From: an uncultured Pseudomonadota bacterium
GTDB lineage: Bacteria; Pseudomonadota; Alphaproteobacteria; Rhizobiales; Xanthobacteraceae
DNA length: 64,000 nucleotides
Direction: 5' to 3'
Assembly: GCA_963703755.1 (NCBI GenBank)
Contig: CAVPGG010000115.1
Coordinates: 3,108-67,107 of the forward strand
The first letter of the stretch is position 1. Each line of letters begins with the position of its first letter. Positions 26,831 through 38,507 of the stretch are shown here, piece by piece. The translations under genes were made by a program, and so were the position numbers. The notes under the pieces are model-generated. The model was not told where the DNA came from. It ran no database searches and saw only the letters and a list, made by a program, of their open reading frames with translations.

Positions 26831-26905
26831 GTGATGCGCGGCATAGCCGTTCAAAGAACGGCGTCGCTTCGCTCGCCTATGTCCCGCGCAGCCACGTCTT
26901 TGGCG
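26831..26905. repeat. structured intergenic repeat, family 1, partial inverted copy
   Basis: The reverse complement reads CGCCAAAGACGTGGCTGCGCGGGACATAGGCGAGCGAAGCGACGCCGTTCTTTGAACGGCTATGCCGCGCATCAC. This matches the second hairpin module of 10709-10829 and 45155-45276. Confidence 0.75.
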
Positions 26906-26924
26906 GCGAGACGCGGACGGTCCG

Positions 26925-27524
26925 TCAAGAACCTTCCTTGTCGGTCATCCGGTCGAGCCGCTTCTGCATCTCTTCCATCCGCTTCTTGAGATCGTCGATC
27001 TCATCGCCGCCACGCGCCGGCTTCTCGGGCTCGGATGCCGTGGAAGGCGCCGCGGTCTGGCCTTCGCGGCGCGCGAACGGCGCGAACATCGCCCCGAAGG
27101 TGCGCTGGAACATCTCCATGTTCCGCCGCGCCACGTCCTCGAGCGGGCCGAAGCCGCTCACGCCGAACGCCTGCGCCATCTGGTCGCGGAACTTGCCCTG
27201 CTCGCGCGTGAGGTTGTCGATCGACACCTCGAGATAATGCGGCACCAGCATCTGCATGCTGTCGCCATAGAAGCGGATGAGCTGACGCAGGAAGGTGATC
27301 GGCAGCAGGTTCTGCCCTTCCTTGTTCTCCTGCTCGAAGATGATCTGGGTCAGCACCGAGCGGGTGATGTCCTCGCTGGTCTTGGCGTCGTACACCACGA
27401 AGTCCTCGCCCGCCTTCACCATCGCGGCGAGATCTTCGAGCGTCACGTAGGTGCTCGTGCCCGTGTTGTAGAGTTGCCGGTTGGCGTACTTCTTGATGAT
27501 GACCGGTTCGTCGGACTTAGCCAT
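26925..27524 (-). CDS. phaR: polyhydroxyalkanoate synthesis repressor PhaR
   Basis: This is the tail of ORF 26925..27857, read from ATG 27524. The sequence is MAKSDEPVIIKKYANRQLYNTGTSTYVTLEDLAAMVKAGEDFVVYDAKTSEDITRSVLTQIIFEQE.., followed by the PHB_acc C-terminal region. Confidence 0.92.
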   Translation of the reverse strand: MAKSDEPVIIKKYANRQLYNTGTSTYVTLEDLAAMVKAGEDFVVYDAKTSEDITRSVLTQIIFEQENKEGQNLLPITFLRQLIRFYGDSMQMLVPHYLEVSIDNLTREQGKFRDQMAQAFGVSGFGPLEDVARRNMEMFQRTFGAMFAPFARREGQTAAPSTASEPEKPARGGDEIDDLKKRMEEMQKRLDRMTDKEGS

Positions 27525-27735
27525 GGAGCGCACGCTTGCCGATGATCTGCTGGAGGATCGAAGACGTGATGTCGATGCCGCTTTCGGCGTCGAGGGTGAT
27601 GAAGTCAACCTCATCCTCCACCATGCGGGCGAGGTCGTCGAGGGGCAGGTAGGAACCTGCCGCCGGCCGATCGAGGCGGCGACCCGCATATTGCTTGATC
27701 GGAATCGGTCGGATCGATGGGACCGACGGGACCAT
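27517..27735 (-). CDS. stand-alone PhaR N-terminal (PHB/PHA accumulation regulator DNA-binding) domain protein, 72 aa
   Basis: ORF 27517..27735 contains IPIKQYAGRRLDRPAAGSYLPLDDLARMVEDEVDFITLDAESGIDITSSILQQII. This aligns without gaps to PhaR residues VIIKKYANRQLY..LTQII, with 25 identical of 55 by hand. Third codon positions are GC-rich. Its TAA overlaps the phaR ATG by 8 nt. Confidence 0.7.
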   Translation of the reverse strand: MVPSVPSIRPIPIKQYAGRRLDRPAAGSYLPLDDLARMVEDEVDFITLDAESGIDITSSILQQIIGKRALHG

Positions 27736-28052
27736 GTTCGGGTCGCTCTCGCGGGTTGCGCCGGCCGCCCGGCAGTATCGCCTTCAAAATAGGCGCTTTT
27801 TTCTTCCGCGGCTATCGTTTTGTGACGATCCCCGCGCGCCGCGATCCATTTGCCCATTGATATGGATCAAGGGCCGCGGGATGCACATATGCCCTGGGTC
27901 CCATTGACAATCACAGGGGCCGCCGGGCTATCGAGGATGCGAGATTGGGCCAGCGAAGAGGTCACCGCAAAATGCGAGCCAGCGGGCAAATATAGCCTTT
28001 GGCGCGTGAATGTTCGGCCGTTCCGGCCAACCCCCAGACAAGGAGTTCGATA

Positions 28053-29228
<1,176 letters not shown>

Positions 29229-29246
29229 GGACGCAGGAAGCCGACA

Positions 29247-29276
29247 GCGGACGACGAAACGGATTTCGTCGTCCGC
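29247..29276 (+). terminator. perfect 13-bp stem-loop between phaA and phaB (attenuator/terminator or mRNA-stabilising hairpin)
   Basis: The hairpin is GCGGACGACGAAA cgga TTTCGTCGTCCGC, followed by GTTT. It lies 19 nt after the phaA stop and 36 nt before the phaB ATG. Confidence 0.45.
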
Positions 29277-29311
29277 GTTTCGCCTGACTGACGTTCAACA
29301 GGGAGGAAGGC

Positions 29312-30037
29312 ATGGCCCGCGTGGCAGTGGTCACGGGTGGAACGCGCGGTATCGGCGCGGCCATCTCCAAGGCGCTCAAGGGCGCCGGCTATACGGTCGC
29401 GGCCAACTACGGCGGCAACGACGAGGCGGCGCAGAAGTTCAAGGCGGAGACCGGCATTCCGGTCTACAAGTGGGACGTCTCCTCGTTCGAGTCCTGCGCA
29501 GCCGGCGTCAAGCAGGTCCAGGTCGATCTCGGGCCGGTCGACGTGCTGGTGAACAATGCCGGCATCACGCGCGACGCGCAGCTGCACCGCATGAAGCCCG
29601 AGCAATGGACCGAGGTGATCAACACCAATCTCGGCTCCCTGTTCAACATGTGCCGGCAGGTGATCGAGGGCATGCGCGAGCGCAAGTTCGGCCGCATCGT
29701 CAACATCTCCTCGATCAACGGTCAGAAGGGCCAGTTCGGCCAGACCAACTACTCGGCCGCCAAGGCCGGCGAGATCGGCTTCACCAAGGCGCTGGCGCAG
29801 GAAGGCGCGCGCGCCGGCATCACGGTCAACGCGGTGTGCCCCGGCTACATCGCGACCGACATGGTGAAGGCGATGTCGCAGGAAGTGCTGCAGAAGAGCG
29901 TGCTGCCGCTGATCCCGATCGGTCGCCTCGGCGAGCCCGATGAGATCGCGCGCTGCGTCGTCTTCCTCGCCTCCGACGAGGCCGGATTGATCACTGGATC
30001 GACCATCAGTGCCAATGGCGGGCAGTATTGCGCGTGA
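29312..30037 (+). CDS. phaB: acetoacetyl-CoA reductase (SDR family)
   Basis: ORF 29312..30037 starts MARVAVVTGGTRGIGAAI and contains ..NISSINGQKGQFGQTNYSAAKAG... Confidence 0.93.
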   Translation: MARVAVVTGGTRGIGAAISKALKGAGYTVAANYGGNDEAAQKFKAETGIPVYKWDVSSFESCAAGVKQVQVDLGPVDVLVNNAGITRDAQLHRMKPEQWTEVINTNLGSLFNMCRQVIEGMRERKFGRIVNISSINGQKGQFGQTNYSAAKAGEIGFTKALAQEGARAGITVNAVCPGYIATDMVKAMSQEVLQKSVLPLIPIGRLGEPDEIARCVVFLASDEAGLITGSTISANGGQYCA

Positions 30038-30045
30038 GCGACAAT

Positions 30046-30121
30046 GGGCGAATGGGAAATGGCGAGTAGCGGATAGGGAAGATCACGTCGCCCCGTTCGA
30101 TGCCCCCACTCGCTATTCGCC
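30046..30121. repeat. GGCGAATRG-type inverted repeat (family 3), probable bidirectional terminator region
   Basis: GGGCGAATGGGAAATGGCGAGTAGCGG pairs with CCACTCGCTATTCGCC. The element fills the spacer between the convergent genes phaB and the PepSY gene. A related element lies at 52811-52876. Confidence 0.5.
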
Positions 30122-30126
30122 GGTCG

Positions 30127-30420
30127 TCAGTCGTACCGCTCCAGGTGTGCGATCGTGTACGTCCGCGGGTCGATCGTCATTGATATGTGGTGACCGCTGA
30201 GGTCACGTCCCTCGATGTGCCAGGCGTCGTCGTAAAAATCGATTTTTCGGATATCCACGACGCCGTTCATCGCCGCGACGTTGCGCGCGTTGTCGATCGG
30301 CGACGGCGGCGCGACGACGATCTCGTCGGGCGGCGCGACGCCGACCGTCTGCGCCATGGCGCCGAGCGGTGCCGCGATGCAGGCAGACACCAGCGTGATG
30401 ATGGCGGTTCGATTGAGCAT
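30127..30420 (-). CDS. PepSY domain-containing small secreted protein
   Basis: This is the tail of ORF 30127..30591, read from ATG 30420 (MLNRTAIITLVSACIAAPLGAMAQ). It contains ..MNGVVDIRKIDFYDDAWHIEGRD... Confidence 0.7.
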   Translation of the reverse strand: MLNRTAIITLVSACIAAPLGAMAQTVGVAPPDEIVVAPPSPIDNARNVAAMNGVVDIRKIDFYDDAWHIEGRDLSGHHISMTIDPRTYTIAHLERYD

Positions 30421-30479
30421 GGCGGCCTCCTCTGTCCGTGGGGACAACGCAGGTCGGCCGCGCGGGTTGCATCGCTGCC

Positions 30480-30908
30480 TCAGCCCGGGTTCCATCCCGG
30501 CGGCGCGAGCTCGAACCCGGCGAACACGAAGCCCGGCGCGACCGTGCAGCCGACGAGCGTCCAGTCGCCCAGGCTTTCCGCCGCCTGCCACACGTGCGCC
30601 GGGACGATCGCCTGTGGCCGCTGGTCCGCCGCAAGATCGGGCCCGAGTGTGACGCGCGCGACCGGTCCGCTGTCGCGCGCCGCCGTCGCCAGCACGAGCG
30701 GCGCGCCCGCATGCCAGTGCCAGATCTCGACCGCGTCGACGCGATGCCAGTGCGAGCGCTCGCCGCGCGCGAGCAGGAAATAGATCGCGGTCGAGGCCGC
30801 GCGCCCGTATGCGTCGGTGCGCGCGTCGCGGAACGTCTCGCGGAAATGCCCGCCTTCGGGATGCGGCTTGAGATCGAGCAGGCGGATGACGTCGGCGGCC
30901 GTGCGCAC
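30480..30908 (-). CDS. cupin domain protein (DUF985 family)
   Basis: This lies within ORF 30480..31001, with the start at GTG 30908 just after the gloB stop. The sequence is VRTAADVIRLLDLKPHPEGGHFRETFRD..IYFLL..HWHRVDAVEIWHWHAG... Confidence 0.8.
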   Translation of the reverse strand: MRTAADVIRLLDLKPHPEGGHFRETFRDARTDAYGRAASTAIYFLLARGERSHWHRVDAVEIWHWHAGAPLVLATAARDSGPVARVTLGPDLAADQRPQAIVPAHVWQAAESLGDWTLVGCTVAPGFVFAGFELAPPGWNPG

Positions 30909-30909
30909 G

Positions 30910-31677
30910 TCAGAACTTGTTCTTGCGCGAGCGCACCTCGGCGAATACCTGCGCGGCCGACTTGCCCGCGAGCCCGACCGCGGCCGCGACCGCAGGGACA
31001 TCGGCGCGCAGGAAGACGTTCTCGCGCTTCTCGGCGCCCATCTTCGTGGGGATCGTGTCGCGGCCGGCCGCGGCTTGCCGCTTTGCCTCCTCGGCGCGTG
31101 CGCGCAAGTCCTCGTTGTCGGGCTCGATGGTCAGCGCGAAGCGGATATTGGCCTCGGTGTATTCGTGGCCGCAGAAGATCAGCGTATCGTCGGGCAGCGC
31201 GCGCAGCTTCAGGAGCGAGGCCCACATCATCTCGGGTGTGCCCTCGATCACGCGGCCGCAGCCGATCGAGAACAATGTGTCGCCGACGAAGGCGAGCTTG
31301 TCGGCGTCGAACACGTAGGTGATGTGGCCGGACGTGTGGCCGGGCGTCTCCACGACGCGCGCCGTCAGGCCGCCGACCTTGACGGTATCGCCTTCGGCGA
31401 CGGTGGCGTCGACCGCCGGGATGCGGGCCGCCTCGTGGCGCGGCGCCGTGACCCGGCAGCGATGGCGGGCCTTGAGCTCCGCGATGCCGCCCGTGTGGTC
31501 GCCATGATGATGGGTCACCAGGATATCGGTCAGCGTCCAGCCGGTCGCCTGGAGCGCGGCCTCGACCGGCGGCGCTTCCGGCGCGTCGATCGACGCGGTG
31601 GCGCCGGTTGACGGATCGTGAACCAGGACTCCGAAGTTATCCTTCAGGCAGCGAAACAGATGGGTCTCGGCGGGCAT
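30910..31677 (-). CDS. gloB: hydroxyacylglutathione hydrolase (glyoxalase II)
   Basis: ORF 30910..31677 contains the metallo-beta-lactamase motif VTHHHGDHTGG, plus ..TPGHTSGHI.. and ..CGHEYT... Confidence 0.92.
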   Translation of the reverse strand: MPAETHLFRCLKDNFGVLVHDPSTGATASIDAPEAPPVEAALQATGWTLTDILVTHHHGDHTGGIAELKARHRCRVTAPRHEAARIPAVDATVAEGDTVKVGGLTARVVETPGHTSGHITYVFDADKLAFVGDTLFSIGCGRVIEGTPEMMWASLLKLRALPDDTLIFCGHEYTEANIRFALTIEPDNEDLRARAEEAKRQAAAGRDTIPTKMGAEKRENVFLRADVPAVAAAVGLAGKSAAQVFAEVRSRKNKF

Positions 31678-31762
31678 CGGCGTGGTTCCATGTTGGGGTC
31701 CGGATCATCGATCTTCCGGCACCGCGGCGCAACATGGGGCCGGTTCATGCTAGGTTGAAGTC

Positions 31763-32512
31763 ATGTCCTACGACGTCGTCGACTTGCGCGACTTCTACGC
31801 CCAACGGCTCGGCACTGTCGCGCGCCGTTTCGTCGGGCGCGGCGTTCGCGCTCGATGGACAGACACGCGCGGCCAGCGCGTGCTCGGCATCGGCTATGCG
31901 ACGCCGTATCTGGGACTGTTTCGCGAAGAAGCCGAGCGCTGCCTCGCCTTCATGCCGTCCGTGCAGGGTGTGGTGAAATGGCCGTCCGCCAATCCGACGC
32001 TCGCCGCGCTGGTCGACGAGTATGAGTTGCCGCTCGCCGATTCCTCGGTCGACCGCATTCTGCTCGTGCATGCGCTCGAGATGTCGCATGACGCGCCGAC
32101 CTTGCTGCGCGAGGTGTGGCGCGTGCTGGCGGCGGGCGGGCGGCTGATGGTGGTGGTGCCGAACCGGCGCGGCCTCTGGGCGCGCATCGACACGACGCCG
32201 TTCGGCCATGGCCGGCCCTATTCGCGTCCGCAGATCACCGCGCTGCTGCGCGAGACCTGGTTCACGCCCACCTCGTGGGGCGAGGCGCTGTACGTGCCGC
32301 CGATCTCGCGCGGGTGGTTGCTGCGGGTCGCGGTCGCCTGGGAGCGCGCCGGTGCGACGATCTCGGCGCCGTTCGCGGGCGTGCATATCGTCGAGGCGAC
32401 CAAGCAGGTCTACCGCGCGATCCCGGCGCGGCGCGAAAAGCGCCAGCTCGTTCCCGGGCTCGCGCCGGTGCTCGAGCCCGTCATGACGCCATCGACGGGA
32501 CGGGCCGGCTGA
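31763..32512 (+). CDS. class I SAM-dependent methyltransferase
   Basis: ORF 31763..32512. It is conserved as the divergent neighbour of gloB in alphaproteobacteria. It contains ..VDRILLVHALEMSHDAPTLLREVWRVLAAGGRLMVVVPN... Confidence 0.8.
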   Translation: MSYDVVDLRDFYAQRLGTVARRFVGRGVRARWTDTRGQRVLGIGYATPYLGLFREEAERCLAFMPSVQGVVKWPSANPTLAALVDEYELPLADSSVDRILLVHALEMSHDAPTLLREVWRVLAAGGRLMVVVPNRRGLWARIDTTPFGHGRPYSRPQITALLRETWFTPTSWGEALYVPPISRGWLLRVAVAWERAGATISAPFAGVHIVEATKQVYRAIPARREKRQLVPGLAPVLEPVMTPSTGRAG

Positions 32513-32557
32513 GCGCCGCCCGCAGACCTCGGATGATCGATTGAATCGTGCCGCGGC

Positions 32558-33355
32558 TTACTCGCCGTGCGGGCCCTGCGTGTCGTCGCTCGGCTCCGGC
32601 ATGCCGCGCGGCATGTCGCCGCGCGGGCCGCGGTGACGGCGGCGCCGGCGGTGCATCGGGAAACGATCGCCACCGCCGCCCTGATTGTCGTAGCCGTTCT
32701 GGCCGTTGGGCTGCTGGCCCGGATTGCCGGGCGCCCCCTGGTGCGCGGGTTGCGGCGGCGCCTGCCCGCCGGTGATGAAGGACGGCAGCCGGTCGACCTG
32801 ACCCTCGTCGCCGCCGCGATGATGACGCTCGCCGCCGCCCTGCTGCGGGCGCCCGCCATATTGCTGGTCACGTTGCTGCTCGCGCTGCTGGTCGCGCGGC
32901 GAGAAGAACTGCGCGTCACGCGGCAGGTAGGGCTGCGGATCGCGGGTGCCGAACTGCGGCTGCTCCACGCTGCCGCCACCGCCCTGCATTGGCGGCTGGA
33001 CCGCCCCCTCGTCGTCGCCCTCGTCGAAGGCCTCGTCCTGCATGTCGTTGCCGCCATGCGTATCGTTGCCGCTCCCGCCCTCGGGCCGGTAGAAATTCGG
33101 CTGGTTCTGCCGGAACTGCTCCTGCACGGCCGCGATCAGGCGGAAATAGTGCTCGGCATGCTGATAGTAATTTTCCGCTGCCACCGGATCGCCGGACGCC
33201 TGCGCGTCGCGGGCGAGCTGCACGTACTTTTCCGCCACGTGCGATGCGGTTCCGCGAATCTTGATGTCCGGGCCATTCGACTCGTAGACCCGCGTCAATG
33301 GATTGTGGCTCTTGCGGTTACGCCCCCGCATGCGCTTGTTCTGACCGTTCCTCAT
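32558..33355 (-). CDS. DUF4167 domain-containing protein (Arg/Gly/Gln-rich)
   Basis: This lies within ORF 32558..33463, with the start at ATG 33355. The sequence MRNGQNKRMRGRNRKSHNPLTRVYESNGPDIKIRGTASHVAEKYVQLARDA..AENYYQHAEHYFR is the DUF4167 signature. A low-complexity tail follows. Confidence 0.85.
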   Translation of the reverse strand: MRNGQNKRMRGRNRKSHNPLTRVYESNGPDIKIRGTASHVAEKYVQLARDAQASGDPVAAENYYQHAEHYFRLIAAVQEQFRQNQPNFYRPEGGSGNDTHGGNDMQDEAFDEGDDEGAVQPPMQGGGGSVEQPQFGTRDPQPYLPRDAQFFSPRDQQREQQRDQQYGGRPQQGGGERHHRGGDEGQVDRLPSFITGGQAPPQPAHQGAPGNPGQQPNGQNGYDNQGGGGDRFPMHRRRRRHRGPRGDMPRGMPEPSDDTQGPHGE

Positions 33356-33899
33356 GGCTCGCTTGTTTGCCAACCCCTGCTTTGTGACGGCCCGACGCCG
33401 CCAATCCACTTCAACAACTGAGGATGTGTCCTGCCCGGCCCTTGCCGGACCGCAGGCTTGCATGGCGCTCGTTCATCGAACTGCCGACTTTGGTCTTGCG
33501 ATGGTCCAATCTTACCCAGCAAGTGTTCCCAACAGGCGATGCAGCCGCCCTGCGGCTACCGTCCGCGCCTGACCGGTGTGCCCAGATCCGCAGCTATGCC
33601 GCGGCGTCGCCCGCCTTTCATCACGCGCAAAGCCGTCCTGCCGGATCCGGACATGCGCTCAACCGATGAAGCCTTCGACCTCAAGCCTGCGAACCGGTCA
33701 CCTTATGATCTGGCTTTCGGTGTTCGTCTCGCCCGCCGCCCGCCACTCGGAGCTCATGCTCGGGGCATCTCAGGACGGCTTGCCCATAACTTGGGTCGAT
33801 TCCTGCCAAGGAACGTAGTCGGTCTCGGGGGATAATCCAAGTGGTTTTTTGTTACTTTTTGCGCCGGGCCGGAATGACCCAAAGGCATGGGTCTACCCG

Positions 33900-34793
33900 C
33901 TATTTTGCGCCAGGACGTTGCCGCGCCAGGGCGACGCGCGGGTGGCCCGCGAGGTCCCGCCGCGGTGGTTGTGGAACCTCCAGCCCGTGCTGCGCCAACA
34001 GTTCCGTCACCGCCTCCGCTTGGCCGATGCCGATCTCCAGCGCGAGCCAGCCGCCCGGCGCGAGCCGCCGCGCCGCATCGCGGGCGATCGCGCGGTAGGC
34101 GCCGAGGCCATCGGGTCCGCCGTCGAGCGCAAGCCGCGGATCGAAATCGCGCACCTCGGCCGCGAGCGCCGCGATATCGCCCGTCGGGATATAGGGCGGA
34201 TTGGACACCACGAGGTCGCAGGCTCCGGCGACCGCTTCGCCGAACTGGCAGGCAACGAAATGCGCACGACCGGCAAGCCCCAGAGACTCGGCGTTGCGCC
34301 GCGCGACCGCGAGCGCCCGCGCGCTGCGGTCGGTTCCGATCCCGATGGCGGCGGGCAACTCGGCGAGGAGCGCGAGCAGGATCGCCCCCGAGCCGGTGCC
34401 GAGATCGACGATGCGCCGCGCGCGGTCGCGCGGAGCGACCGCCAGCGCCGCTTCGACCACGGTCTCGGTGTCGGGGCGTGGCACCAGCACGTCGGGCGTG
34501 ATCCGCAGCGGCAGGCTCCAGAATTCCTTGGTGCCGAGGATCCGCGCCACGGGCTCGTGCGCGAGCCGCCGCGCCAGGACGGCATCGAGCCGATCCGCCT
34601 CGGCGCGCGTGAGCACACGGGCAGCCTCGGCCGCGAGCGCCGCCATGATCGAGGCCGAGCGCGTGTTCGACGAGCAGCCTTGCGTCGAGGTCGGGCATGT
34701 CGAAGCCGCCGTGGCGCAACCGGTCGGCGGCCGCGCGGCGCGCCTGCGCGATGGTCGGCGGCGGCGCCAGGACGGTGCTTTGCGGCGCGGGGC

Positions 34794-34797
<4 letters not shown>
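33900..34797 (-). pseudogene. prmC: peptide chain release factor N5-glutamine methyltransferase, one frameshift
   Basis: The N-terminus comes from ORF 33754..34797 ([51 protein letters not shown]). The rest comes from ORF 33900..34646 (..DLGTGSGAILLAL.., ..VVSNPPYIP..). The frames join near 34646 (CATGGCGGCG, one extra nt). The span is 898 nt, which is 3n+1. Confidence 0.88.
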
Positions 34798-35922
<1,125 letters not shown>

Positions 35923-35990
35923 GGGTGAACTCGGATGAATTGAGCGAACCGGATAGCGGTTTGGCGCGCAAAAAGCGACCGAATCGCGTT

Positions 35991-38258
35991 CTAGACGGGA
36001 AGGCCTTGCTCGACCGCAAAGGCGGTGAGCTTGTCGCGTACCGAGGCGGAGCCGCCGGGCTTGCCGATGAGCACGGCGAGGAGCGCCTCGGCCTTGGCGG
36101 CATCCAGCTCGAGCAGCATCGCCTTCACGGGGCCGATTGCTGAGGGCACGAGCGAGAGCGAACGGTAGCCGAGGCCGACCAGCGCCAGCGCGCCGAGCGG
36201 CACCGAGGCGAGCTCGCCGCACAGGGTGACCGGCTTGTTGTGCGCCTTGGCGCAGTCGGCGATCTGCTTGAGCGCGCGCAGCACCGGCGGGGAGAGCTCG
36301 TCGAAGCGGGCGGAGACGCGCGCATTGCCGCGGTCGACCGCATAGAAGAACTGCACGAGGTCGTTCGAGCCGACCGACAGGAAGTCGACGCGGTCGAGCA
36401 GCTCGTCGAGCTGAAAGAGCAGGGCCGGCACTTCCAGCATGGTGCCGATGTCGACGCTGTCGGGCAGCTTGTGGCCGTGCCGGCGCAGGTGGGTGAGCTC
36501 GCGCTCGACCAGCGCCTTGGCCTCGTCGAACTCGTGCACCGCCGCGACCATGGGAAACATGATGCGCAGCTTGCGGCCCGACGCCGCGCGCAGCATGGCG
36601 CGCACCTGGCTGCGCAGCAGGCCGGGCCGGTCGAGGCCGAGGCGGATCGCGCGCCAGCCGAGCGCCGGGTTCTCCTCCTCGTAATTGCGCATGTAGGGCA
36701 GCACCTTGTCGCCGCCGATGTCGAGGGTACGGAACGTCACCGGCAGGTCGCCGGCGGCGTCGAGTACCGAGCGGTAGAGCTGCTGCTGCTCGCTCGCGCG
36801 CGGGAACTCCTGCGCGACCATGAACTGCATCTCGGTGCGAAAGAGACCGATGCCGGCCGCGCCGGTCTCGGCGATCTGCGGCAGGTCGACCACGAGCCCG
36901 GCATTGACCAGCAGCGTCACCGGCTCGCCGTCGCGGGTGACGCACGGCTTGTCGCGCAGCGCCAGATACTGCAGCTGGCGCCGCGCGCGCAGGCGCACCC
37001 GCTCGCCATAGGCCGATTGCACCTCCGGGGTCGGGCGGATGTGCACGTCGCCGGTGGTGCCGTCGACAATGATGGCGTCGCCCGGGTCGACCAGGCCGGT
37101 CGCGTTCTCGACCTCGCCGACCGCCGCGATGCCGAGCGCGCGCGCCACGATCGCCACATGCGAGGTCGGGCCGCCTTCCTCGAGCACGAGGCCGCGCAGA
37201 CGCTTGCGGTCGTAGTCGAGGAGCGCGGCCGGCCCCATCATGCGGGCGACCAGCACGGCGTTCTCGGGCAGCCGCTCGCGCGCGGGCGCGTGGTCCCGGC
37301 CGAGCAGCTGGCGCAGCAGCCGGTTGGCGAGATCCTCGAGATCGTGCAGGCGCTCGCGCAGATAGGGGTCGGTCTGGCGCAGCATGCGGGCGCGGATGTC
37401 GGAATGCACGCGCTCGACCGCGGCTTCCGCCGTGAGGCCGGTCATCACGGCCTCCTCGAGCTTGTGCACCCAGCCGCGGTCGTTGGCGAACATGCGGTAG
37501 GCCTCGAGCACGTCGCGATGCTCGCCCGCCGCCGCCACGTCGCCATGCTCGAGCATGCGGTCGATGTCAGCGCGCAGCGTCTCGATCGCGCTCTCCAGGC
37601 GCTTGCGCTCCTTCGGCAGGTCGTCGGCGATGAAGTTGGTGATCTCGATGCGCGGCTCGTGCAGCACCACGTGGCCGAGCGCGATGCCGTCGGTGAGCTT
37701 GGTTCCCTTGAGGTTGCGCGGGCGGCGGATGTCCGGCTCGAGCCCGGGCTTGGCGAGCGTCAGGATCTCGCCGGAGGCGATCATCTCGGCGAGCACCATC
37801 GCGGTCGTCTGCAGCGCCTCCTCTTCTTCCTCCGAATAGGTGCGGTGCGCGCGGTTCTGCACCACCAGCACGCCGAGCGTGTTGCCGGCGCGCAGGATCG
37901 GCACGCCGAGGAACGCGTGATAGATCTCCTCGCCGGTCTCCGGGCGGAACGAGAAGGCCGGGTGGTCCTGCGCCTCCGACAGGTTGACCGGATTGGCCTC
38001 GCTCGCCACCAGGCCGACCAGGCCTTCGTCCGCGCGCAGCACGGTCTGGTGCACGGCCTCGCGCTTGAGGCCCTCGGTGGCGTAGAGCTCAAGCGTGCCG
38101 TCGACCCGCAACACGTAGACCGAGCACACCTCGGCCACCATGTTGGCGGCGATCAACACCACGATCTTGTCGAGGCGATCCTGCGCGCTGACCGGCTCCG
38201 CCATGACCTCGCGGAGGCGCCGCAACAACACGCGTGGACCGCCAAGCGCGCCACGCAT
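35991..38258 (-). CDS. ptsP: phosphoenolpyruvate--protein phosphotransferase PtsP (EI-Ntr, GAF domain)
   Basis: ORF 35991..38357. I prefer ATG 38258 ([33 protein letters not shown]). It has a GAF domain followed by EI domains (..[16 protein letters not shown].., ..[10 protein letters not shown]..). Confidence 0.92.
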   Translation of the reverse strand: MRGALGGPRVLLRRLREVMAEPVSAQDRLDKIVVLIAANMVAEVCSVYVLRVDGTLELYATEGLKREAVHQTVLRADEGLVGLVASEANPVNLSEAQDHPAFSFRPETGEEIYHAFLGVPILRAGNTLGVLVVQNRAHRTYSEEEEEALQTTAMVLAEMIASGEILTLAKPGLEPDIRRPRNLKGTKLTDGIALGHVVLHEPRIEITNFIADDLPKERKRLESAIETLRADIDRMLEHGDVAAAGEHRDVLEAYRMFANDRGWVHKLEEAVMTGLTAEAAVERVHSDIRARMLRQTDPYLRERLHDLEDLANRLLRQLLGRDHAPARERLPENAVLVARMMGPAALLDYDRKRLRGLVLEEGGPTSHVAIVARALGIAAVGEVENATGLVDPGDAIIVDGTTGDVHIRPTPEVQSAYGERVRLRARRQLQYLALRDKPCVTRDGEPVTLLVNAGLVVDLPQIAETGAAGIGLFRTEMQFMVAQEFPRASEQQQLYRSVLDAAGDLPVTFRTLDIGGDKVLPYMRNYEEENPALGWRAIRLGLDRPGLLRSQVRAMLRAASGRKLRIMFPMVAAVHEFDEAKALVERELTHLRRHGHKLPDSVDIGTMLEVPALLFQLDELLDRVDFLSVGSNDLVQFFYAVDRGNARVSARFDELSPPVLRALKQIADCAKAHNKPVTLCGELASVPLGALALVGLGYRSLSLVPSAIGPVKAMLLELDAAKAEALLAVLIGKPGGSASVRDKLTAFAVEQGLPV

Positions 38259-38507
38259 GGCGTGAGGTCCTTTCGGGCCGTCAGACCGAGCCCCGTCGGG
38301 CTCACCGTCCTTCGTTGAGATTGCGCGCGGAGGCTCACCCTCCCGCGCGCCCATCACCCACGGCTATAGCGAATGCAACATGCGTGCCGCAAGCAAAGGC
38401 CATGCTGCGCTGCAGCCAAAATCCGGCGATTCGTCATGGCCTTGCAATGATTCTAGACCATTTTCGCGGGCCGCCGGCCCGCCGCGCGGGGCTGCTGCGC
38501 GATGGCG

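Noticed and set aside
27843-27868. The inverted repeat GATCCAT-N12-ATGGATC, and a TTGACA box at ~27905, could be a PhaR operator and the phaA promoter.
   Set aside because: This is a pattern match only, and it does not resemble the PhaR sites I can recall from other species. It is mentioned under the mini-PhaR finding but not called as a feature.
38460-38507. The GC-rich hairpin GCGGGCC-GCC-GGCCCGC after lysC could be an intrinsic terminator.
   Set aside because: On the lysC (minus) strand the stem is followed by GAAAA, not by a U tract. The T run lies on the wrong side. I left it unannotated.
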